In this document: piece after piece, positions 47,364 to 56,068 of the stretch
Layout: each line of letters starts with the position of its first letter
How positions within the stretch are numbered: the first letter of the stretch is position 1
Virus record (IMG/VR): IMGVR_UViG_3300029288_000148
Coordinates: 11,773 to 75,772 of that record
Reading direction: 5' to 3' (one strand)
Length of the DNA: 64,000 nt
Source: a virus
Lineage: Duplodnaviria > Caudoviricetes
Program-made: the position numbers and the translations under genes
The notes under the pieces: generated by a model
Database searches by the model: none
Told to the model about the DNA's origin: nothing
The model's input: the letters and a program-made list of their open reading frames with translations, nothing else

Positions 47364-48539
47364 TCAAAATAATTTTTGCTGTATTGGACCAGTTTCTTTT
47401 TTAGGCTCCGGCACCCAAGCATCTATTCTCGCCTGTGCTATCTTGCAGTATTCTTCCTCTTTCTCAATGCCAATAAACGAAAACCCCTCTGTTTTAGCAC
47501 CGATGCCAGTTGTACCACTCCCCATAAATGGATCAAGTACAATCCCGTGCGGGGGCGTAATGAGTTTGCAGAGATAGCGCATCAGGGATACTGGCTTAAC
47601 AGTAGGATGATTGTTTTTACCCTGCTTTGAAACAAGCCTTGTTGCTATCCTGCCTCGATCACTTTCCTCAGAACACCATGGTCTGGAACTATCAAATTGT
47701 TCATCAAATCCCTCCAATCCTTTATTCCTTTCGCTCTTGCTCGCCTTGGCAGCATAAAAAAATCTCGAAGCAGAAGCGATGCCGTCACCATGAAATGACT
47801 TGCCGTCATCGCCCTTTTGAGCAAAGTCACCATAAATTCCTCGGCTATCTCCATTCTGACCGCTCTTAACAGGAGCGAAAGCCCCGGCGTTTACAGGGAA
47901 TTGTCCAATCACTTCTTCGCTTCCATCATGGATGACATTGGCAGGGAAACGACCTTGTGGCAAATTGGTATCACCAATATATTTTCCTGCATTATCCCCA
48001 CCACAAGAAGCATGGAACTGAGCACCAGTAATATCCGTTCTTGGTGTTTTTCGTCTGTTTTGATCCCCTTCCAATCCTTCCTTATCCCACTCCACCCTGC
48101 ATCCATCAATATTAATCCCTCCTGTTCCCCATTTAAGAACATTTGCTACAACTGTCTTTTCAGAGATAGGTTTCCGAGCAAGTGTCCATAATTCCATGGC
48201 CGGTTTAAGCGCGGTACCAAATCCATTCCCAAGATTAAGCGACTTCGGGAATCCGCTGCCGTAAATCCAGGCAATAAGATCCCGTATCTCAAATCCTGCA
48301 TCTTCGATATTAACTGCCATTCTGTGCTGTGTCCGAGTACCACAAGCACAAAGTAAATGCCCCCCAGGCTTTAATATTCTTAGGGCTTCATACCACACAT
48401 ATACTTTTGGCACATCGTAGTCCCATTTCTTATTCATAAAGGAAATGCCATACGGAGGATCTGTGACAATAGCATCGACGGAATTTGCCTTCATTTGTTT
48501 TAAAGCAGTCCAGCAATCAGAATTTATCAGGCTAATCAT
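47364..48539 (-). CDS. DNA amino-methyltransferase (N6A/N4C, beta class)
   Basis: TDPPY motif IV, HPTVKP, LDPFMGSGTTG motif I; start moved to MISL at 48539. Confidence 0.9.
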   Translation of the reverse strand: MISLINSDCWTALKQMKANSVDAIVTDPPYGISFMNKKWDYDVPKVYVWYEALRILKPGGHLLCACGTRTQHRMAVNIEDAGFEIRDLIAWIYGSGFPKSLNLGNGFGTALKPAMELWTLARKPISEKTVVANVLKWGTGGINIDGCRVEWDKEGLEGDQNRRKTPRTDITGAQFHASCGGDNAGKYIGDTNLPQGRFPANVIHDGSEEVIGQFPVNAGAFAPVKSGQNGDSRGIYGDFAQKGDDGKSFHGDGIASASRFFYAAKASKSERNKGLEGFDEQFDSSRPWCSEESDRGRIATRLVSKQGKNNHPTVKPVSLMRYLCKLITPPHGIVLDPFMGSGTTGIGAKTEGFSFIGIEKEEEYCKIAQARIDAWVPEPKKETGPIQQKLF

Positions 48540-48931
48540 ATCTTTTTTCTTAACAACGCGAACACTCCACAATTTTCTTTATCATCTACCGGCTTATCAC
48601 AAACAACAAACACTACTCTTTCCGGAACATTCTCCGAATGAATATGCGGAACAATCCTCCAGGTATTTTCTATCACAAAAGAAGAAAGGGCAGCACACTT
48701 TAAAATCGCACCACCCTTTCCATTTTTCCTTAATCGATATGTATTGCCAACGGAAATGTAAAAATCACTCGGCCTATCTCCTTGAAATATATCCACACCA
48801 TCAATTAAACACAACCTCGTTACAGCCACACCAGAGAACACCACACGCCCGGACCGATGAAACGACACCGTGGCAAGGCCCCGTCTTATTCGTGGCCCCA
48901 AACTCTCCGGAGTAACTTTATTTAACTCCAT
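48536..48931 (-). CDS. Hypothetical protein, 131 aa
   Basis: ORF with ATGA coupling to the methyltransferase. Confidence 0.55.
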   Translation of the reverse strand: MELNKVTPESLGPRIRRGLATVSFHRSGRVVFSGVAVTRLCLIDGVDIFQGDRPSDFYISVGNTYRLRKNGKGGAILKCAALSSFVIENTWRIVPHIHSENVPERVVFVVCDKPVDDKENCGVFALLRKKI

Positions 48932-48937
48932 AGGAAA

Positions 48938-49096
48938 TTAATTCAAGTTAAAATCCTCAAACTCCAATATAAGCATCCCAACATAAATATACCCCAGTAA
49001 CTCAGCAATAAGCTTTGCCTGTTCCACACTATCAGCAATAATCCTTCGCTCTTTGTGAGAACCATCTCTTAACACTTCATCTGCCAGATAAATCAT
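48938..49096 (-). CDS. Hypothetical protein, 52 aa
   Basis: Manual ORF (MIYLADEVLRDG...) filling the gap; ATGA overlap upstream. Confidence 0.45.
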   Translation of the reverse strand: MIYLADEVLRDGSHKERRIIADSVEQAKLIAELLGYIYVGMLILEFEDFNLN

Positions 49097-49446
49097 TTCT
49101 TACCAGTATTATTCTCATTAACAATCGTCGGCTTCATCACCAGTATCGATACCCCTGCTCTCCCCATCTCAACCCTCAACTTTGCCTCCACCTCTTTAGC
49201 AAGGCAATCCACACAAACCCCCTTCTTCCCACACAACACCATAAACCAGTACAGCACATCCGCCATGTCCATCCTCAAATACCTTCCTCCCTCATCCTGC
49301 CAAATAACATCCGCAGCATCCTTCTGAGTTAATCGTAACTCCAATAACCGTACAGCACATAGCAAAGAACTCATTGCCTCTTTATCCCCTACATGCTCAC
49401 TGAAAGCACCTACCAACTCAAATACACTCTCTACCCTTGTCTTCAT
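49093..49446 (-). CDS. Hypothetical protein, 117 aa
   Basis: ORF in co-directional run. Confidence 0.5.
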   Translation of the reverse strand: MKTRVESVFELVGAFSEHVGDKEAMSSLLCAVRLLELRLTQKDAADVIWQDEGGRYLRMDMADVLYWFMVLCGKKGVCVDCLAKEVEAKLRVEMGRAGVSILVMKPTIVNENNTGKK

Positions 49447-49452
49447 AGCTTA

Positions 49453-50319
49453 TTAAATTATTCTTTTTGATATAAATCCAGATGCTCCCTTATGTCCGCC
49501 TCCACCTCTTTTTTTAGCAATAACAGAACAATCAACTTTTCCATTATCATTGTATAGCGAATAACTGAATTGTCTGTTTTCATACCAAAAACAAGCAAAT
49601 CCATCATAACCATCTGCATGGTAATTAATGCCAAAATTGACAGGATTTAATCTCCAGTCGTTCACACAAGCAAATAACTTGCCATCAAGCCATATTTCGA
49701 ATTTCTTGGCATATTTCTGTCGGGCTTCAACGCATAGGTATTCATAGATTGCTTTGCCTTTAGTTGAAATCCTGTCAAGAATATTCATTTCAACTCCTGT
49801 GTTTTTAAGAGAATTAGTTAATTTTGAAAAAGCATCTTCTACATTTGTAATTTCCTGCCTTGCTCCGTATTGAAACTCCAATACCTTTAATTCTTCGTCT
49901 GTTCCTTTATGTCCAAAACAGTCATATCTACCAAGTAGCCTCACAAGTTCAGGCATTTTGATTCCATCAAATAGGTGCATCCACGTTAATTCACAGGCAG
50001 CATAGTCCGAAAATTGTAACCCTTTAAATGGATTCCCTTTTCTGAAATAATTCCTACATTCATCAATAGCTGATTTATGGTGATCAATCCATGTTACATT
50101 GAAAGGATCAAGCAAAGATTCCATTGTCCCCATTGGAAATGAAATATCAACCATGGCAAGCTCAGAATGCTTTTCCCCAGAAAGAACTGGTAATGGTTGC
50201 CCATAATCCCAGCCAATTAATTCTAATTCCCCATCAATCTTCTCTTGCTCATGCCATAACTTAATTATCGCAGCTGACATCCAGCCATCTAAATCTCTCG
50301 AATGATAAATGCAAATCAT
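49453..50319 (-). CDS. DHH/DHHA1 phosphoesterase, 288 aa
   Basis: YHSRDLDG, VDIS, WIDHHKS and GGGGHKGASGF motifs. Confidence 0.9.
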   Translation of the reverse strand: MICIYHSRDLDGWMSAAIIKLWHEQEKIDGELELIGWDYGQPLPVLSGEKHSELAMVDISFPMGTMESLLDPFNVTWIDHHKSAIDECRNYFRKGNPFKGLQFSDYAACELTWMHLFDGIKMPELVRLLGRYDCFGHKGTDEELKVLEFQYGARQEITNVEDAFSKLTNSLKNTGVEMNILDRISTKGKAIYEYLCVEARQKYAKKFEIWLDGKLFACVNDWRLNPVNFGINYHADGYDGFACFWYENRQFSYSLYNDNGKVDCSVIAKKRGGGGHKGASGFISKRII

Positions 50320-50352
50320 AATTTTTAGTTTTTTAGTTAATAAATCAATTCC

Positions 50353-50694
50353 TTATCTGTATTTAACCAAATTCCTATTCCTCAATCCTCCCTCCTGCCT
50401 CCCAGGGTAAAACGTGCTACTCCTCAATATCAAATTATCACCCTCTACCAATACATTCCTCCCTAAACGAGTAAACACATACACCAACCTATAAACAGGT
50501 ATATTACTCAACTCACTCAACACCGCCTTCGTCCTACAAGCTACAATCAAGCAATCCTTCAACTCCCTTACATCATACCCCCCATTCAAAGATATTAAGA
50601 TATATATGTCCTTTTCTCTACTCCTCATAATTACCAATTGTATATCTATAACACAACCGTACAAAGATAAATTAAATTGTATATCTACATACAT
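50353..50694 (-). CDS. Hypothetical protein, 113 aa
   Basis: ORF with strongly skewed composition. Confidence 0.4.
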   Translation of the reverse strand: MYVDIQFNLSLYGCVIDIQLVIMRSREKDIYILISLNGGYDVRELKDCLIVACRTKAVLSELSNIPVYRLVYVFTRLGRNVLVEGDNLILRSSTFYPGRQEGGLRNRNLVKYR

Positions 50695-50913
50695 AAACGG
50701 ATACTTTTATTTTAAAATAAAATTAATTTTACCCAAAGTGAGTACCTGAGTGCGGTCCATGTATATATTTGGGGCTCGCATCCGCGAACCGAAATCGAAA
50801 ACCCGAACCCGCCCCCCTGCCTGTGAGCATCTCCGATGTTTCGCACACCTTAAAATAAAGCGCTCATCCCTGCCGGATCGCCAAAAAAGCAGTTTTCATG
50901 ATCTGGGCCAGTA

Positions 50914-50926
50914 GGGGAGGGGAGGG
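50914..50926 (+). other. Two overlapping KOPS-like octamers (GGGNAGGG)
   Basis: GGGGAGGG at 50914-50921 and 50919-50926, pointing at the dif-like site 26 bp downstream. Confidence 0.4.
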
Positions 50927-50952
50927 GTGCGCAATACCCTTTTATTTTGCCT

Positions 50953-50980
50953 ATTTGACATAATATTAATTATAAGCAAA
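50953..50980 (-). other. dif-like XerC/XerD recombination site
   Basis: Minus strand TTTGCTTATAA-TTAATA-TTATGTCAAAT versus E. coli dif GGTGCGCATAA-TGTATA-TTATGTTAAAT: 21/28 identical, XerD arm 10/11; intergenic. Confidence 0.7.
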
Positions 50981-51130
50981 TTGGGGTGTGTAGCTGTCAT
51001 TGTCTGAGTGCCCGCATATATGGTCATTTGCGGCGTTGTTTGTCCGGTTTCTGTCACAACAAAAATGATCAATCCATGTAATAATCTGATCTAATTAGTG
51101 TTAGTGCAGATATTAATTAGTTTTGGTATG

Positions 51131-51161
51131 TTTGTCAGGTTGATGGGAATGTGTAAATTTG
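51131..51161 (+). promoter_or_regulatory. Bacteroidota promoter
   Basis: TTTG (51131-51134) - 19 nt - TAAATTTG (51154-51161). Confidence 0.65.
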
Positions 51162-51177
51162 CAATAAATCGGCAATA

Positions 51178-51771
51178 ATGGAAAATAGTGAAATAACTGG
51201 CTCGGGACTGTCCCCGTTCTCTCCTGTCTCTCCTTCCTCTCCTGTGTTATCTTCTGACTTGCTTACCTTATTCGGTGCGCTGGATAATGGTAAGCGTCGG
51301 ATCTTCCGCAAGCTATATACTTATCTCTGGCGCTATCTCAGGCCATTGGACAATTATTCAATATTGCAGGATTACTGGGCGTTTCATTATGTTATTACTG
51401 ATGTTTATAAACTGCCCTTCGGCTTGGTTGCGCTCCTGTCTTGGCTGTACCAGGTATCGGGCAAAGGTGTGAATATAATTGATTCAAGGCGGTTTTATAA
51501 TACTCGTCCGGTTGCAATGAGCGTGCGCAATCATTATGAATATATGTCCGTATTGCGCAAGTCTGGATATATTACCCGTTATACTCGTGATCCTTCTGCC
51601 CCTTATCTCCTGCGCTCTGTCAGTCGTCAGCCTATATTTATCAAGGTGACTGCGGAGGGGTGCAAGTTGATTGAGAACATTGAGCGGGATACATATAACT
51701 TAATTATGCGCTCAGTTATGCGTGAAGTGACAACAGGCGCACCGAAACGCAAGAGACGAAAAAAGGCCTGA
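51178..51771 (+). CDS. Hypothetical protein, possibly winged-helix DNA-binding, 197 aa
   Basis: LRKSGYITRYTRD...IKVTAEG wHTH-like end and basic C-terminus; has its own promoter. Confidence 0.55.
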   Translation: MENSEITGSGLSPFSPVSPSSPVLSSDLLTLFGALDNGKRRIFRKLYTYLWRYLRPLDNYSILQDYWAFHYVITDVYKLPFGLVALLSWLYQVSGKGVNIIDSRRFYNTRPVAMSVRNHYEYMSVLRKSGYITRYTRDPSAPYLLRSVSRQPIFIKVTAEGCKLIENIERDTYNLIMRSVMREVTTGAPKRKRRKKA

Positions 51772-51809
51772 GCAATGCCCAGACCTCGTTAAATCGGTTT
51801 ATTTGGCCT

Positions 51810-52025
51810 CTATTCGAGTTTAGCCTCAAAGTCTTTTATTGAGCGTTCGTAATATGCAAGCTGTTGCAATGTCATTGGTTCATGTTCGGGCGCAAACTTC
51901 GGCAAAGCGTGTCTTAATATTGCTTTACAGGTGCTTATGCAATCCTTTAGGTTCTCATCCTTCGCCCTGCAAACATTGTGCAGGCGTCTTATCTCTGCCC
52001 TCATGGCCTCATAATTATCTGTCAT
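51810..52025 (-). CDS. Hypothetical protein, 71 aa
   Basis: ORF in leftward early run. Confidence 0.5.
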   Translation of the reverse strand: MTDNYEAMRAEIRRLHNVCRAKDENLKDCISTCKAILRHALPKFAPEHEPMTLQQLAYYERSIKDFEAKLE

Positions 52026-52044
52026 TGTATTGGTTTTAATAGGT

Positions 52045-52365
52045 TTATACTATTGTAGCCTCTTGGTTGATCTTTGCGTGGTTTAATACTTCCTTTGCAT
52101 ATTGCAACATTGCATGGGTTAAATTAACCTGAAATATCTGGCTCCTCATGCTTGGGATCATGCCGAAGGCCGACTTATCGGCCTCCTCTTGCTCCTCCCT
52201 GACTTGCTTGATTATCTGGGCATATCTGGCCCTGTTTGTCTGGCCCAGATATTCAATAGCTTTATTTTTGTCAAATTCAATGCCCTGATATTCAGATATT
52301 TGTTTGATGAGTTCGACGGTTTTATTTCTCATCCATCCAATTAAGTCAAATTCATTGCTTTCCAT
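52045..52365 (-). CDS. Hypothetical protein, 106 aa
   Basis: ACACACACA leader immediately before ATG. Confidence 0.55.
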   Translation of the reverse strand: MESNEFDLIGWMRNKTVELIKQISEYQGIEFDKNKAIEYLGQTNRARYAQIIKQVREEQEEADKSAFGMIPSMRSQIFQVNLTHAMLQYAKEVLNHAKINQEATIV

Positions 52366-52391
52366 TGTGTGTGTAATTTAGTGGTTATTAA

Positions 52392-52592
52392 TTAGTTATC
52401 AAGTTCGGGAATATGTCCGTATTGTGTTTCTTTTGCTCTGATGCCCCTTATTTCTGCCTTATAACTCTCCGGCAGATCGACAAACCAGACAGCTAAAAAC
52501 GGGCTGTTAATTGGTCGTATTTCCTTGAGTCTGAAATCAATATAAAAGGTTACATTATCCTTTGTCATTGTTGGCAGTTGTCTTGCTTCCAT
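52392..52592 (-). CDS. Hypothetical protein, 66 aa
   Basis: FYIDFRLKEIR motif; leftward early run. Confidence 0.55.
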   Translation of the reverse strand: MEARQLPTMTKDNVTFYIDFRLKEIRPINSPFLAVWFVDLPESYKAEIRGIRAKETQYGHIPELDN

Positions 52593-52596
52593 TGTC

Positions 52597-52830
52597 TTAA
52601 TAGTTTAATGATTGGTAACTTATTGAATTACAGGCGTTAAACTTCCTAACCAGATTGATTTTTATGTTCCGGTAGTGTGTTATTATGCTCATTTTGAACG
52701 GGATATTCGTTTCATGCCGTTCTGTCCTCAGTTTATACCTTTGTTCCTGAAGTTGAATAGAAATCAGATCAATCATTGTGAATAAATCACTGACTGTCAG
52801 CTCATTGTTTTCGTTTTTTTGTGGTTTCAT
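52597..52830 (-). CDS. Hypothetical protein, 77 aa
   Basis: First gene after the leftward promoter; AAAACACACA leader. Confidence 0.5.
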   Translation of the reverse strand: MKPQKNENNELTVSDLFTMIDLISIQLQEQRYKLRTERHETNIPFKMSIITHYRNIKINLVRKFNACNSISYQSLNY

Positions 52831-52856
52831 TGTGTGTTTTTTAGTTTAACTATTGA

Positions 52857-52888
52857 CAAAGATATACTATATATTATATATCTGCAAA
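52857..52888 (-). promoter_or_regulatory. Leftward Bacteroidota promoter of a divergent pair
   Basis: TTTG (52888-52885) - 20 nt - TATCTTTG (52864-52857). Confidence 0.75.
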
Positions 52889-52927
52889 TTATTTAACACT
52901 TTTTTTTAATAAAAATATGTTAAAATA

Positions 52928-52959
52928 TTTGCTTATGTCATTTGAATAGTTTAATTTCG
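52928..52959 (+). promoter_or_regulatory. Rightward Bacteroidota promoter of a divergent pair
   Basis: TTTG (52928-52931) - 20 nt - TAATTTCG (52952-52959; one mismatch). Confidence 0.65.
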
Positions 52960-53009
52960 CCCTCAGAATAGATGTAATAAACATTAAACACACACCTAAC
53001 ACACACATT

Positions 53010-53672
53010 ATGAGTAAATTAAACTTTATGGAATTGAATGAACCAGATATAAAGCTGGTTCATCGTGGCTCAATGGCTCTTTCAGACCTTGAGACTTTAT
53101 CCCTTATCCTCTCCGGTGTCGATCCGGCTGAGAAAGCTAACAGGCTCCTGAATGCCTGTGAGTACGATTTTAGCGAGTTATCCCGCTATTCTTATACTGA
53201 CCTTATTAATTATGGTCTGTCACACCTTCAGGCCGTCAGATTGATTGCAATGATTGAATTTAGCAAGCGCAAAGCAATACAGCAGACAAGGGAGCGCAAA
53301 GTAATTAGACGTAGTCGTGATGCCTATGAAATTTTGTCGCCTCTCCTCTCTGATCTGGATCACGAGGAATTTTTTGTTTTGTTCCTGAATAGATCAAACA
53401 AAGTTATTAAATATGAGCGTATATCTCAGGGAGGAATGGCCGGAACAGTTACCGATGTTAAAATTATCCTCCGCAAAGCTTTGGAGAATAAGGCGAGCAG
53501 CCTGATATTGTGCCACAATCACCCCTCGCACAATAACAACCCATCTGATGCTGATATTTCAATCACTCGCAAGATAAAAGAAGCTTCCGCACTTATGGAC
53601 ATCCAGACCCTTGACCATATTATTATATGCGGCAAAGATTTCTATTCCTTTGCTGATAACGGACAAATTTAG
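53010..53672 (+). CDS. radC: RadC (JAB/MPN domain) protein, 220 aa
   Basis: LSDLETLSLIL N-domain; HEEF...LNRSNKVI...HNHPS...PSDAD...LDHIII. Confidence 0.92.
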   Translation: MSKLNFMELNEPDIKLVHRGSMALSDLETLSLILSGVDPAEKANRLLNACEYDFSELSRYSYTDLINYGLSHLQAVRLIAMIEFSKRKAIQQTRERKVIRRSRDAYEILSPLLSDLDHEEFFVLFLNRSNKVIKYERISQGGMAGTVTDVKIILRKALENKASSLILCHNHPSHNNNPSDADISITRKIKEASALMDIQTLDHIIICGKDFYSFADNGQI

Positions 53673-53699
53673 TATTAATCACTTAAAACACACAAGACC

Positions 53700-53879
53700 A
53701 TGCAAAACGTTGAAATTAAGAAAAACAGCAACATCCTGACCATTACGGTCGATCTGTCAAAGAACTCAGGCCCGTCAAAGTCGGGCAAAAGTATTGTAAT
53801 CGCCTCAACTCTGGGTAATACCCTGATTGATCCGGAAAAGAAAATTTATTTGGGGCTGAACGTTTACAGCACCCGATAA
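53700..53879 (+). CDS. Small conserved protein, 59 aa (MQNVEIKKNSNILTITVDLSKNSGPSKSGKSIVIAST...)
   Basis: Below the track cutoff; I.VDLS...GPS.SGK...IAST motif. Confidence 0.7.
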   Translation: MQNVEIKKNSNILTITVDLSKNSGPSKSGKSIVIASTLGNTLIDPEKKIYLGLNVYSTR

Positions 53880-53922
53880 GCTAACCAGAGGGGGAGCGAT
53901 CCCCCTCACAATACACACACAA

Positions 53923-54231
53923 ATGACATACAGAGAATTTGAAAAGTTTATGATTGATCGGTATAATGCCTATTGGGTGAGCTTCTGGACAAGACCGAGC
54001 AAGGACGCCCCCCTGATACGCCTGAGTGATGCCGAACTGGCCGAACAAATTAGTCAGGTTGATTCTATTGGACTCTCAAGTGGTATTGAAAGCCTGATGA
54101 TTGATTTAGTTGTCTGGCACGAAAAATCAAACCAGCCGATTGAAATAACTTGCAAAATGCTTAGAAGTAATTTAAAGCGGTGTGTTGAGATCCTGCCGGA
54201 GATACTTGATAAAATACCTGTTTCATTATGA
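53923..54231 (+). CDS. Hypothetical protein, 102 aa
   Basis: ACACACACA leader; coupled ORFs. Confidence 0.5.
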   Translation: MTYREFEKFMIDRYNAYWVSFWTRPSKDAPLIRLSDAELAEQISQVDSIGLSSGIESLMIDLVVWHEKSNQPIEITCKMLRSNLKRCVEILPEILDKIPVSL

Positions 54232-54503
54232 AAAAATACACATTTGAAACCGATTGTGTTCATTCCACTTGTGAGGACATTACCGAAACCGTTGACAAGG
54301 CCAGAAAAATAACCTACCGGACATTTTTACGGCACGTTTTGTTCTCTGACCTTTGCGATCTGTTTCCCTTCTATGACAGATACCCTAATCAGGGCGGACT
54401 GATGCTGAAAAATGACTGGCATATATTTTACCATAGGTCAACATATAAAGGCCAGAGGTACTATTATATACGCCATTCAGGCATAGAATATATATTTACT
54501 TAA
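54228..54503 (+). CDS. Conserved phage hypothetical protein, 91 aa
   Basis: ITYRTF...NDW...RSTYKG...HSGIEYIF motif. Confidence 0.6.
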   Translation: MKKYTFETDCVHSTCEDITETVDKARKITYRTFLRHVLFSDLCDLFPFYDRYPNQGGLMLKNDWHIFYHRSTYKGQRYYYIRHSGIEYIFT

Positions 54504-54747
54504 TTCTTACCAGCATGGAAACAAAGAGCGAACCTAATTACATAACTGCCGGACTTATTGAGGCACTTGCAGAACTTATTTACAGATACCTCAAACAGAA
54601 AGAGTATGAGGCGTAAAAGTGTTAAATACTATTACTGTCGCCATTGCGGAAAGCGTTACAGCGATTACGCAATGGCTGACTTTTGTTTTAAAGTGGATTT
54701 GAGACTACTGGAGAACGAACAGAAAGAGAAACCAATTAAGAAACACC

Positions 54748-55023
54748 ATGAAAAACCCTAATTTAAGCCTGTTTCCCGAAGAATATCCCGAACAGGAATA
54801 CTACACCCCCACTTTGGAGCAAGACGAACCCATAGAGCCGGAAACGGCTGAAATACCTGATGCGCTTGGATCGGACTTTGTTATCAAAAAATGCCGATGC
54901 AAACAATTATTGCTCGTTGATCCGGCTTATGCACACCTGAATTTAAAGCGTGATCTTATTTGCGAGTGTTGCAATCCCGGACTTGCAAAGAAATATCTTA
55001 ACTACTTAAAAATGAACTTATGA
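54748..55023 (+). CDS. Hypothetical Zn-binding protein, 91 aa
   Basis: CRC...CECC. Confidence 0.5.
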   Translation: MKNPNLSLFPEEYPEQEYYTPTLEQDEPIEPETAEIPDALGSDFVIKKCRCKQLLLVDPAYAHLNLKRDLICECCNPGLAKKYLNYLKMNL

Positions 55024-55202
55024 AAACAGCAGAAGAATTGATCAGAAACATTAATTTTCCCTTATTAAGGGAACAAAAACGTGAACTTCTTGAGATTGCA
55101 GAAGATTATAATAAGGATGTATCAGGGATTATTAACCTCCTTGATGCCATTCAGGACTTTGCCTGTGATGAGCTTAAAATTGATGAAAAATTAATTTTCT
55201 GA
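55020..55202 (+). CDS. Conserved phage hypothetical protein, 60 aa
   Basis: LLREQK..LL...GIINLLDAIQD motif. Confidence 0.55.
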   Translation: MKTAEELIRNINFPLLREQKRELLEIAEDYNKDVSGIINLLDAIQDFACDELKIDEKLIF

Positions 55203-55203
55203 A

Positions 55204-55548
55204 ATGAATTTTAAGGATAAACAAATATTGTGCAGTAAGAGGCGGGCCAGACTATTAAAGCACCCAACAAAAAGCGAACTCAGATTTAAAAAGAGGTTAG
55301 AGGCTGCAAATATTAAGTTTATGTTTCAAAAAGGGTTTATTCAGGGAGATAATTTCTGTATTGCAGACTTTTATCTCCCGAAACCCTTAAAGATAGTTAT
55401 TGAAATAGACGGCAGTTATCATAACGGTCAACAACAGCAGACAAGAGACCATAATAAAGATGCCTACTATAAACAACGTAAGTTTACAGTTATCAGGATT
55501 AAGAACTCAGAGGTTAATACTTTTGATCTTACCTTTCTTAAAAAGTGA
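55204..55548 (+). CDS. DUF559/Vsr-like endonuclease, 114 aa
   Basis: TKSELRF...FQK...IADFY...VIEIDGSYH...RD..KD.Y...VIRIKN. Confidence 0.85.
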   Translation: MNFKDKQILCSKRRARLLKHPTKSELRFKKRLEAANIKFMFQKGFIQGDNFCIADFYLPKPLKIVIEIDGSYHNGQQQQTRDHNKDAYYKQRKFTVIRIKNSEVNTFDLTFLKK

Positions 55549-55579
55549 TGTTAGTAATAATTAATACCTTTGTAACGAA

Positions 55580-55996
55580 ATGAGCGAACGGGTAATAAAT
55601 AAGACCCACGATCTTATTGTCAACAACGACATGGCAATAATTGACTTCTTGGCAGACCTTGAGGATCGCTCCACGATCAGCATCCTCAGTAAGCATCTGG
55701 CCGAACAAAAAGACCTGCGCTCATGCATAGTTTGTCATCACAAGAAGGAGAAGTTAATCACTATTTTATTGGCAAACGATCCTTTTGAAATAAATAAGCC
55801 GGGAAATGTCCTGATGCTGTTTTATGCCCCGGCAAACAATATAACACTTGTCACAAAATACTTTACTGAATGGTTAAGCATAACAGATTATTCAGAAAAG
55901 CAAAAACGTATAGCAATAAGAGAAATCATTGATTTGCTTATTGACTGCAAAGACAAGATGGAAAGGCAAAATGTTCAAACCAACTTTATGGGATGA
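55580..55996 (+). CDS. Hypothetical protein, 138 aa
   Basis: Preceded by a TACCTTTG -7 element (55565-55572); followed by a terminator. Confidence 0.55.
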   Translation: MSERVINKTHDLIVNNDMAIIDFLADLEDRSTISILSKHLAEQKDLRSCIVCHHKKEKLITILLANDPFEINKPGNVLMLFYAPANNITLVTKYFTEWLSITDYSEKQKRIAIREIIDLLIDCKDKMERQNVQTNFMG

Positions 55997-56002
55997 ACAG
56001 CC

Positions 56003-56048
56003 GGAAGGCCGGGTTTATGTGTGTGTTTTCCCGGTCTTCCTTTTTTTT
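56003..56048 (+). terminator. Intrinsic terminator with 16-nt GU-repeat loop
   Basis: GGAAGGCCGGG / CCCGGTCTTCC stem, loop TTTATGTGTGTGTTTT, T8 tail. Confidence 0.75.
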
Positions 56049-56068
56049 ATTAACTAAAAACAGAAATT

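Noticed and set aside
1227-48915. Dozens of + strand ORFs (60-160 aa) in the track across the structural region, plus nested minus-strand alternates
   Set aside because: They lie antisense to or inside long, motif-bearing, tightly coupled minus-strand genes and have no recognisable domains; treated as shadow ORFs
52853-52880. Sigma70-like TTGACA...TATATA on the + strand
   Set aside because: Overlaps a perfect Bacteroidota TTTG-N20-TATCTTTG promoter on the minus strand, which fits the host and gene layout better
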